A stretch of DNA of 64,000 nucleotides from Methylotenera sp. Its GTDB lineage: Bacteria; Pseudomonadota; Gammaproteobacteria; Burkholderiales; Methylophilaceae. The notes below the pieces were generated by a model. It was not told the origin of the DNA. It worked only from the letters and a program-made list of their open reading frames with translations, and made no database searches. Of the stretch, positions 22,423-30,841 are shown one piece after another (within the stretch, counting starts at the first letter, position 1; each line of letters opens with the position of its first letter). The stretch is from positions 7,142 to 71,141 of the forward strand of contig JBKJIJ010000021.1 in assembly GCA_046598525.1 (NCBI GenBank), given 5' to 3'. A program made the translations under genes and the position numbers.

Positions 22423-22551
22423 GGTGAGTGCTTAACGCTAGGTGCCTTTAATGCGACGACATGAAATTGAAAAACGACTTTTTTAAGACAGCTTGTTGAA
22501 AAGTCAGTTGCAATCGTTTTTTGCAATTAACTTTTCAACCGCTTTGAATGA

Positions 22552-23208
22552 TTAACGCATACCTTGCATATAGTCAGCCACGGCTTGCATTTCAGCGTCT
22601 GTCATTTTGGCAGCAATCGCCATCATCATTGGCGCGTTTGCACGTTCACCAGTGCGGAATGTTTTAAGCTGCTGATAGGTGTAATCGGCATGTTGGCCAG
22701 CCAAACGTGGAAATTGTTTTGGCATGCCGGCACCGTTAGCGCCATGACAAGCCGCACAGGCTGGTACATTGGTTTTAGCTATGCCGCCACGGTAGATTTT
22801 TTCGCCCAAAGAACCAACGCCATTAGTTTTAGCTTTGGCTAGCGTTTGTTTTTGTGTAGAAAAATAAGTGGCTAGATTTTGCATATCGACTGGCGTTAAG
22901 TTAGCTACCATGCCGCTCATTACCGCATTAGCGCGCGTGCCTTCTTTAAAGTTTGTTAATTGTTTTAACAAATACTCAGGATGCTGACCGGCTAATTTTG
23001 GGTTCAAACTAATGGCGCTATTACCATCGGCACCATGACATGCCGCGCAAACACCTTGCACAATTTGCTCCGCCGTTTGTTTATTGGCAACAGGTGACAC
23101 ATTGGCGGCTACTGGTTCTGCTTTTTTGGCTGCATTGGTGGCCGAAAAAACCATATTTGAAGAAAAACTTAACGCTAAAACGGCAATTAAACTCACATGC
23201 TTAAACAT
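22552..23208 (-). CDS. Di-heme cytochrome c4
   Basis: Signal peptide and two CAACH heme-binding motifs. Confidence 0.93.
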   Translation of the reverse strand: MFKHVSLIAVLALSFSSNMVFSATNAAKKAEPVAANVSPVANKQTAEQIVQGVCAACHGADGNSAISLNPKLAGQHPEYLLKQLTNFKEGTRANAVMSGMVANLTPVDMQNLATYFSTQKQTLAKAKTNGVGSLGEKIYRGGIAKTNVPACAACHGANGAGMPKQFPRLAGQHADYTYQQLKTFRTGERANAPMMMAIAAKMTDAEMQAVADYMQGMR

Positions 23209-23307
23209 TGTATTGCTTTCCTAACTATTTAATTAACTTAATATTTTATCAAAAATCATCTGTTCGTGATAGCATTTATGCCTTAAGTTTTACAGACAAA
23301 TCATGCC

Positions 23308-23934
23308 ATGCCGCTTTTTCAAAACGCTACCTTTTTCATTTCAGCCCATCATTTACGCGATTTACCACCAGCATCTGGTATCGAAGTCGCGTTTGCGGGC
23401 CGCTCAAACGCGGGTAAATCTAGCGCGCTTAATACGCTGGCCAACCACAATCGCTTAGCTTATGTCAGTAAGCAACCCGGCCGCACGCAACTCATTAACT
23501 TTTTCACCTTAGGTAACGATAGGCATTTAGTCGATTTACCCGGCTACGGTTACGCAAAAGTACCCGAAAGCATGCGTGCCCACTGGCAAAGCGTGCTAGC
23601 GCGCTATTTATCAGAGCGCACAAGCTTGGGCGGCTTAGTTTTAGTGATGGACAGCCGCCATCCACTGACACCTCTAGACCGCCAAATGTTGGATTGGTTT
23701 TGCCCAAGCGGTAAGCCTGTGCATGTTTTATTAACAAAATCCGATAAATTATCGCGCGGCGAGGCAGGATTAACGCTGGCCAAGGTACGCAAAGAGCTGC
23801 TTGAAACGTGGGATAAAACCTATGGCAGCAATTGCACCGTGCAATTGTTTTCCAGCTCTAAAAAATTAGGCGTGGAAGAAGCCGAAAAAGTGATTGGCGC
23901 TTGGTTATTTGCGGACGAAGCACCTCAAGAATAA
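23308..23934 (+). CDS. yihA: Ribosome biogenesis GTPase YihA/YsxC
   Basis: [20 protein letters not shown]. Confidence 0.96.
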   Translation: MPLFQNATFFISAHHLRDLPPASGIEVAFAGRSNAGKSSALNTLANHNRLAYVSKQPGRTQLINFFTLGNDRHLVDLPGYGYAKVPESMRAHWQSVLARYLSERTSLGGLVLVMDSRHPLTPLDRQMLDWFCPSGKPVHVLLTKSDKLSRGEAGLTLAKVRKELLETWDKTYGSNCTVQLFSSSKKLGVEEAEKVIGAWLFADEAPQE

Positions 23935-23937
23935 ATT

Positions 23938-24045
23938 GTCACTCTGCCGCAGGGCAGAATCTAGGCCTAGTACTATTCACGAATTTTTCAATTGAAATAT
24001 AGCTAGTATTCACCTTGTCAGGATTCTGGCCTGCGCCAGAATGAC
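23938..24045. repeat. Inverted doublet of REP-like (CGTC-type) palindromes between convergent yihA and trmB
   Basis: GTCACTCTGCC-GCAG-GGCAGAATCTA (23938-23963) and AGGATTCTGGC-CTGC-GCCAGAATGAC (24020-24045). Confidence 0.8.
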
Positions 24046-24049
24046 AATC

Positions 24050-24772
24050 TTAAATACGCGTAAATACTAAATCCCATACACCGTGGCCTAATTTAATACC
24101 GCGATTTTCAAATTTGGTTAACGGTCTGTAAGCTGGTTTTTCAGCATAATCTATCGCCGTATTTTTTAATTGCGGCTCAGCCTTTAGCGCGTCTAGCACC
24201 CATTCCGCGTACTCTTGCCAGTCAGTTGCCACATGAATGTAAGCACCCACTTTCAATTTGGTACAAAGCAGCTTTAAAAACTCGGCTTGAATCAAGCGGC
24301 GCTTATGATGGCGTTTTTTATGCCAAGGGTCTGGGAAAAAGATATGTACGCCATCTAAACTATTATCTGCAATCATCTGTTGTAGCACTTCCACCACGTC
24401 ATGCTGGATGATGCGAATATTCTGGATGCTGGATTCTTCAATCAGCTTTAGCAAACTACCAACGCCTGGCGTGTGCACTTCTACCGCCACAAAATCGCAA
24501 TCCTGCAAGGTTTGCGCGATTTTGGCGGTGCTTTCACCCATGCCAAATCCAATTTCTAGGATTTTTTTGCTATTAGGCCTAGCAAATACTTGATTCAAAT
24601 CCAGTAAATTTTCGGCATATTCAATGCCAAATTGTGGCCAAACCGTTTCTAGCGCATGCGCCTGGCCTTTAGTTAAACGGCCCTGACGCAACACAAAGCT
24701 GCGAATACGGCGGTTCATATGTGCGTTTGGCACATCGTTTTCAGGTGTTTCTGTTTTAATTAAATCGGTCAT
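24050..24772 (-). CDS. trmB: tRNA (guanine-N7)-methyltransferase
   Basis: RIRSFVLRQGR, LEIGFGMG, FFPDPWHKKRHHKRR, TKFENRG; own ATG at 24772. Confidence 0.95.
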   Translation of the reverse strand: MTDLIKTETPENDVPNAHMNRRIRSFVLRQGRLTKGQAHALETVWPQFGIEYAENLLDLNQVFARPNSKKILEIGFGMGESTAKIAQTLQDCDFVAVEVHTPGVGSLLKLIEESSIQNIRIIQHDVVEVLQQMIADNSLDGVHIFFPDPWHKKRHHKRRLIQAEFLKLLCTKLKVGAYIHVATDWQEYAEWVLDALKAEPQLKNTAIDYAEKPAYRPLTKFENRGIKLGHGVWDLVFTRI

Positions 24773-25228
24773 GGCAAGATTATACTTGATTCCCCTCTCC
24801 CGCCTGTGGGAGAGGGCTAGGGAGAGGGATAAATTATTTATTATGTGCTGTCGAATGTCTTCAAGCACGCCCTCTAGCTCGCTCAGCACCTGATTATTCC
24901 AAAATCGCAATACTCGAAAACCTTGGCTCTCAAGAAACTGGGTTCGTTTTGTGTCATACAGTGATTGAATTGCATGCTGACCACCGTCCAACTCGATAAT
25001 CAACATTTGCTCTATGCATATAAAATCCGCTATGTATGGACCAATCGGCTTTTGACGCTTAAATTTTAGATTTAAAAATCTACTGGCGCGTAATCGATAC
25101 CAAAGCTGCTTTTCTGCATCCGTTTGATTACGGCGTAATAACTTTGCATTGTTTAATATCTGGTTCAATTGCAACCCTCTCTCTAACTCTCTCCCTGCAA
25201 GGGAGAGAGGATTTGGTGCATCTTGCAT
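24050..25228 (-). CDS. DUF559 (Vsr-like) endonuclease domain read in frame into TrmB (392-aa ORF)
   Basis: LRRNQTDAEKQLWYRLR, FKRQKPIGPYIADF, IELDGGQH, GFRVLRFWN; no stop before trmB. Confidence 0.75.
   Translation of the reverse strand: MQDAPNPLSLAGRELERGLQLNQILNNAKLLRRNQTDAEKQLWYRLRASRFLNLKFKRQKPIGPYIADFICIEQMLIIELDGGQHAIQSLYDTKRTQFLESQGFRVLRFWNNQVLSELEGVLEDIRQHIINNLSLSLALSHRRERGIKYNLAMTDLIKTETPENDVPNAHMNRRIRSFVLRQGRLTKGQAHALETVWPQFGIEYAENLLDLNQVFARPNSKKILEIGFGMGESTAKIAQTLQDCDFVAVEVHTPGVGSLLKLIEESSIQNIRIIQHDVVEVLQQMIADNSLDGVHIFFPDPWHKKRHHKRRLIQAEFLKLLCTKLKVGAYIHVATDWQEYAEWVLDALKAEPQLKNTAIDYAEKPAYRPLTKFENRGIKLGHGVWDLVFTRI
24792..25210. mobile_element. Candidate small mobile unit: DUF559 nuclease flanked by inverted CCCTCTCCC/GGGAGAGGG palindromes
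   Basis: Flanks 24792-24828 and 25175-25210 share a hairpin + YTA + third 9-mer architecture in inverted orientation; mobility itself is inferred. Confidence 0.55.
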
Positions 25229-26458
25229 TTACAGCATATGCGCTTTATCGCCGCTTTTAAAACCGATTAATGGCGCATCAAAATTTTTGCTTAACGCTAT
25301 TACCTTAAACAATTCACCCATTTCGGCGGGGGATAATAGTTTTTGCGCGGCGGCGGCCATTGGTGTGTATGCCGCCATATCGCTGGGTGAAGTTTCACTT
25401 AATATTTCTAACAAGCCGCAATTCATTAAAAAGCTGGCTTGATTGCAATAGCCGGCCAAATTTAAGTTTTGCGAAACGCCAGCCTGTGCAATCGCTGTAA
25501 AATTGACATGGGCGGTAATATCTTGCAGGCCTACATAAACTAGCGGATTGCTATGTGCGTAATGTTGGTAATGACACATCAGCGTGCCTGTATTGCGTTG
25601 AGCGTGATAATACTCGGCGGCACCAAAACCATAATCAATCATCAAAATTACGCCCTGCTTTAAACTGGCAGCCAAGCTATGAATTAAACCTGTTGCGGCT
25701 GGGCAAAATTCGGTTAAATAATCGATTGGCAGTGAGTGCGCGCTTACTTCTTCATTTAATTTTCCTGCAGCCATTGGCTTATCTTGCCAAATAAAATTCT
25801 CTTCAAAACCCACACCGCGTTCAATTAAACCTTGTTGCGTGTTGCCTACAAGGTGCACAGCAATCGCGTCTAATACTTCATTGCCAATGATTAAACCGAC
25901 AAAATCTGCTGGCAACGCATCTAGCCAAACAATGCGCGAAAATAAATCGCTGGGCAATTTTCGCAAGTTTTCTAGCTGTATCTGGCGTAAGTAATCGCTC
26001 ACTTCTAAAATATAATAATGCGCAGGTAGTTGCTGTAATCGCTGCAATTCAAGCAGTAAATCGGCGGCCAATTTGCCTGTGCCAGCGCCTAATTCTAAAA
26101 TGTCGCCTTGGATTTTACTTGAAATTTGGGCTTCGCTTGAAATTTTGGCTTCACTTGAAACTTGAATTTCGCTTAAAACCTGCGCCACTTGCCTTGCTAA
26201 AGTGCGCGCAAACAGCGGCGAAATTTGTGGTGCGGTAACAAAATCACCGCCGCCATTTTGATTATCGGCGAACTTAACCGCGCCGCCGCTGTAATATCCT
26301 AGGGCGGGCGTATATAAAGCCATCTGCATAAAGCTGGCGAAATCTATCCAGCCACCGGCTTGTTCAATTTTTTGCTGAATTATTCGGCATAACTGCTGGC
26401 TGCGATTTTGTGCCGCTTGGTCAGGAATGGGTAGATTTAGATGTAATGTTGAGGCCAT
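25229..26458 (-). CDS. Class I SAM-dependent methyltransferase (MidA/NDUFAF7-like)
   Basis: GYYSGG, DFVTAP, LELGAGTG, DYG, QDITAHVNF, EMGELFKV. Confidence 0.9.
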   Translation of the reverse strand: MASTLHLNLPIPDQAAQNRSQQLCRIIQQKIEQAGGWIDFASFMQMALYTPALGYYSGGAVKFADNQNGGGDFVTAPQISPLFARTLARQVAQVLSEIQVSSEAKISSEAQISSKIQGDILELGAGTGKLAADLLLELQRLQQLPAHYYILEVSDYLRQIQLENLRKLPSDLFSRIVWLDALPADFVGLIIGNEVLDAIAVHLVGNTQQGLIERGVGFEENFIWQDKPMAAGKLNEEVSAHSLPIDYLTEFCPAATGLIHSLAASLKQGVILMIDYGFGAAEYYHAQRNTGTLMCHYQHYAHSNPLVYVGLQDITAHVNFTAIAQAGVSQNLNLAGYCNQASFLMNCGLLEILSETSPSDMAAYTPMAAAAQKLLSPAEMGELFKVIALSKNFDAPLIGFKSGDKAHML

Positions 26459-26496
26459 AAGCCATTATAATATTTGAATACTAAAGTGAGTGAATC

Positions 26497-27279
26497 TTGA
26501 GAGAATCTGTGAATAATAAAGTCTTGAATCAGCAAGCATTAAATCATAAGGTGGTTTTAATTACGGGCGGCGCAAAACGCGTAGGCGCGGCCATTTGCCG
26601 TGAACTTCATGCTTGCGGCGCGCAAATAATGATTCACTACAAAACTAGCACAATCGAGGCGCGCGCTTTGCAAGCCGAATTAAATTTACAGCGCGCCAAT
26701 TCGGTAGCGATTATTCAGGGTGATTTGCTTAATATGGCGGTTTTGCCCAGCTTGATTCAAGAAACCATGAAGCATTTTGGCAAATTAGATGTGTTGATTA
26801 ATAACGCATCTAGCTATTACGCCACCGAAATTGGCGCGATTACAGAAGATAATTGGCACGATTTAGTGGGCACCAATTTAAAAGCGCCGATGTTTTTAGC
26901 GCAAGCGGCGGCGGCAGAATTGCGCAAAAATCACGGCTGCATTGTGAATATTACCGATATGCATATTGAACGACCTAAAAAAGGCTATGCCGTGTACAGC
27001 GTGGCAAAGGCTGGCTTGGTCACCTTAACAAAATCGCTGGCGCATGAATTAAGCCCAGAGGTGCGCGTAAATGCGGTGGCACCCGGGCCTGTGCAATGGC
27101 CAGAAAATAATCCGCAATTTGATGAAGTGTATCGGCAACGGGTGATTTCACAAACTTTGCTTAAAAAAATTGGTGAGCCAAATGACATTGCCAAAGCGGT
27201 TAAATTTTTGGTGGCCGATGCGCCGTTTATTACTGGCCATGTGCTGGCGGTGGATGGTGGACGTAGTTTAAATTTATAG
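26497..27279 (+). CDS. folM: Pteridine/dihydromonapterin reductase (SDR)
   Basis: LITGGAKRVG, NNASS, YSVAK catalytic motif, VDGGRSL; true start may be a few codons downstream. Confidence 0.85.
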   Translation: MRESVNNKVLNQQALNHKVVLITGGAKRVGAAICRELHACGAQIMIHYKTSTIEARALQAELNLQRANSVAIIQGDLLNMAVLPSLIQETMKHFGKLDVLINNASSYYATEIGAITEDNWHDLVGTNLKAPMFLAQAAAAELRKNHGCIVNITDMHIERPKKGYAVYSVAKAGLVTLTKSLAHELSPEVRVNAVAPGPVQWPENNPQFDEVYRQRVISQTLLKKIGEPNDIAKAVKFLVADAPFITGHVLAVDGGRSLNL

Positions 27280-27294
27280 CGGATTGCCGCAAGG

Positions 27295-29556
27295 CTAGGC
27301 TTGAGATAGAAAATCGGCCGATTCAATGCCTTTAATTAGGTCAACAATATGCTTGGCGGCAACGGGTTTAGAAAACAAATATCCTTGTGCCGCATAGCAA
27401 CCTAATTTTTTGAGCTTTTGATACACTTTTGTATTTTCAACGCCCTCTGCAATCACATCAATATTCAAGTTTTTTGCTAACTCTAGCGTAGAGCGCACAA
27501 TGGTTTCGCTAAATTTGTCGTTTAGCATAACTCTAATAAATTGCTGATCAATTTTAAGATAATGCAGCGGCAATTGTTGTAAATACAGTAGCGAGCTATA
27601 GCCTGTGCCGTAATCATCAATGCTGATTTTAACGCCTAATTCCATCAATCCTTCTAGCACGGCTTTAACGCGCGCAGGGTCAGAAAGCGCGCTGGACTCT
27701 GTAATTTCAATCTCTAAATAGCTGGCTGGCATGTTGTTTTGTACCAGTGCGTCTTTAATTTCATTGGCCAAATCAAAATTCATTAAATCTCTGGCGGTTA
27801 CATTTAATGCAATGCTAATCATTAAACCTTGCTCACTCCAAACCCGCCATTGCTTGGTTGTGTCGTTAAGCACAAGGGTAAATAGGCTATGAATTAAATC
27901 GGTGGCTTCTATTTGTGGTAAGAATTTATCAGGCGGCAGCAGCCCGCGTTCAGGGTGTTGCCAGCGAATCAGCGCCTCTACCCCCATGACTTTTTGGCCG
28001 CTAACAAACACTTTGGGTTGGTAATAAACCACCAGTTGACGCTTGGCAATGGCGCTGCGAAAATCGACAAAAACCCAGCTTTTATCTTCTTCTATATCTT
28101 TTTGTTTATCGTAAACTTCTACTTGAGATTGATTGCGCTTGGTGCTGACTAATGTGCGTTCGCATTCTTTTAGCATGGTCATGTAGCCCACTTTTTCTTG
28201 AGCCGCATTAATCGATACGCCAATGCTGCAGGTCGCCTTTATCTTTAAACCATTCACATTAATCGGCTCATTTAACGATTCATGAATCTGCCAAGCTTGT
28301 GCTTCTATATCCTGTCTATTCTTAATATTACTCATTAATAAGGTAAATTCATCGCCGTCCACCCTGGCGAATTGATGACCCTTTTTAAGGCACTCAGCGT
28401 AAAGATTCACGGCGATGGTTTTTAGAATTGAATCGCCGACACTAAAGCCAAAGGTGTTATTAATCGCCTTAAATCCGTCAATATCAATCAATAGCAAACC
28501 ATTGTAGCCGCGACCTTGCTGGCTTAAATTATCAATATTAACTCCTGCCACATTCTCAATATGGTTACGATTAGGTATGCCAGTTAGGTAGTCTGTTCTA
28601 TTTTGCGCCTCTAATTATTGGGTGACCCGCACAATATTTTGCACGGACGTTCTAAGCTGGTACCAGCCCAGCAACATGACCAAAAAGAATCCCACCAAAA
28701 TACCTATGGTGGCTGGGTGCAAGGCTTTAAAGTAAATAATCAAAAGGGTTACTGGCAATAGCAAAACCAAGGGCATCAAAAGCCTTAGCACATGCGTAAT
28801 ATGGCTACTATCTTTGCTTGTCCTTGGAATCACTAACTTCTTCATATCAGGGTGCATAGCCACCGCGCCAAACAGCACATAGGCCAGCAGCCATAAAATT
28901 AAGTTAAAATCAGTAGGCACGCCTAAACTATGGCTGGTGCCATGAAAATACGATTCGCCAGCGGCAAATAATACTGTGCCTATCGCCAGTAGAATAAATG
29001 CCTTCGATTGATTCGCTTCACTACTGACCCAAATCCAAAACAACATGCCAATTTCAATATAAGCAAAGGTCGGATAAATCATCCTAAAGGTCTGTGGCCT
29101 ATGCAATGAAAATCCATGCTCAACAATAGTGGGTAAAAATAAAAACTGCCAGCCGATGAGTATCAAGCTAGTCGCCATTATCCAGCCCTGAAAAAAACCG
29201 TGTTTAGGGAATTCACGATGAAGTTTGCTTGAAAACTGCCACAGCGCAGTCACCATTAACAGATGACCCAACAGCAGAAAAACATCGGCTGGTGATAAGG
29301 CTGCGCCAAACGCACCGCTGGCGTCCGTGTTGGCTTGAATAAGCCCACCGATAAATTGCGCCACCAACGATAATGAAAAGTAAATCCAAGGCCGAATCAC
29401 GTCGGCCTTTTCGGATTTATTTAAATTTAGTCCCCAATAAACGCCCAATAAACCATAAAAAGAGACAATAAAATACCAAGTGTCGCGCATACTCATGACA
29501 TCGGTAAATGGCAAGCAGAGCACAAAAAAATGCCTAGTATTAAATAAGCTTTCCAA
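27295..29556 (-). pseudogene. Membrane-domain GGDEF-EAL protein split by one in-frame TAA at 28615-28617
   Basis: ORFs 28615-29556 and 27295-28551 share a frame; the gap reads LEAQNRTDYLTGIPNR (GGDEF-domain start); DGDEF, EAL, DDYGTGYS, EGVE motifs. Confidence 0.8.
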
Positions 29557-29824
29557 TCAACCGTGACTTTCAACATTGCCCCTTATGAAGAAAAAGCGTA
29601 CGTTACGCGCGCATGCAGCTAAAGCTGAGCCATTAATAATGGCCTTACTAACCCCATTTTGAATAACTGTATAAGAATATTGCGTGGTTTTATTCGATGA
29701 CAAATGTAAAATATTGTTAATTAATGGACGCGACTTGCTATTTAGCATGCAAAATCAAGCCACAGAACTTAATGCACGCCTTCAGTTATAATCTTAAAAA
29801 CTAGCAAAAGATGATAAAAACAGC

Positions 29825-30730
29825 ATGATTAAGCACCTACCAGACAACCATTCCAATAACTTTATTAAGTTGCGCAACAGCCTTATCTCAAGCACAGGCA
29901 AAGCCATTGGCGATTACAACATGATTGAAAATGGCGACACGGTGTTGGTGTGCATGAGCGGCGGCAAAGATAGCTACACCATGTTGATGATGTTGCTGGC
30001 GCTGCAAGAGCGCGCGCCGATTGATTTTAAGTTAATCGCCATGAATTTAGACCAAAAACAGCCTAACTTTCCGGCGCATGTTTTACCAGAATATTTTAAA
30101 AATTTAGGCGTGGATTACCGCATTGTTGAGGCGGATACCTATTCGGTAGTTAAAGAGAAAATTCCAGAAGGCAAAACCACCTGTAGTTTGTGCAGCCGCT
30201 TGCGTCGTGGCATTATTTACACCACCGCCAAAGAGCTGGGTGCTAATAAAATCGCGCTTGGCCATCATAGAGATGACATTGTAGAAACGCTATTTTTAAA
30301 TATGTTTTTTGGCGCCAAGCTAAAAGCTATGCCACCAAAATTGGCCACCAATGACAAGCAAAATGTGGTGATTCGGCCGCTAGCTTATTGTGCAGAGAAA
30401 GATATTGCCAGCTATGCGCGTCAAATGGAGTTTCCGATTATTCCATGCGATTTATGCGGTTCTCAGGAAAATCTACAGCGCCAAAAAGTTAAAGATATGT
30501 TGCAAGCGTGGGAGCGTGAACAGCCAGGCCGCGTTAATAATATTTTCCGCGCCATTGGTAATGTAGAGCCATCGCACCTTGCCGATGTGAATTTATATGA
30601 TTTTAAAAGTTTAACGCAGGCAAAATCTGAAGACGAAGATCCGCTATTCGGCGATATTGCTAATGAAGGTGCCGCATTAAGCATTAGCAGTAACGACGGC
30701 ACGCGAATTGAGTTCGCCAGAAACAAATAA
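29825..30730 (+). CDS. ttcA: tRNA 2-thiocytidine(32) synthetase
   Basis: SGGKDS PP-loop, CSLC and CDLC Cys motifs. Confidence 0.96.
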   Translation: MIKHLPDNHSNNFIKLRNSLISSTGKAIGDYNMIENGDTVLVCMSGGKDSYTMLMMLLALQERAPIDFKLIAMNLDQKQPNFPAHVLPEYFKNLGVDYRIVEADTYSVVKEKIPEGKTTCSLCSRLRRGIIYTTAKELGANKIALGHHRDDIVETLFLNMFFGAKLKAMPPKLATNDKQNVVIRPLAYCAEKDIASYARQMEFPIIPCDLCGSQENLQRQKVKDMLQAWEREQPGRVNNIFRAIGNVEPSHLADVNLYDFKSLTQAKSEDEDPLFGDIANEGAALSISSNDGTRIEFARNK

Positions 30731-30841
30731 GCGATATTTACTGAAATTGTTGCTTTTTTTCATTGACTTATTGTCTAGTAGCCATTTAGCTTGCTATCAT
30801 CTAATCAATTACACCAATTAGCCCTTAATACATAGGCATTA

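Noticed and set aside
29557-29748. 63-aa ORF in frame with the split GGDEF-EAL gene, ending in TGA just before it
   Set aside because: Could be a second decayed segment, but it has no recognisable domain or hydrophobic pattern, so it cannot be supported
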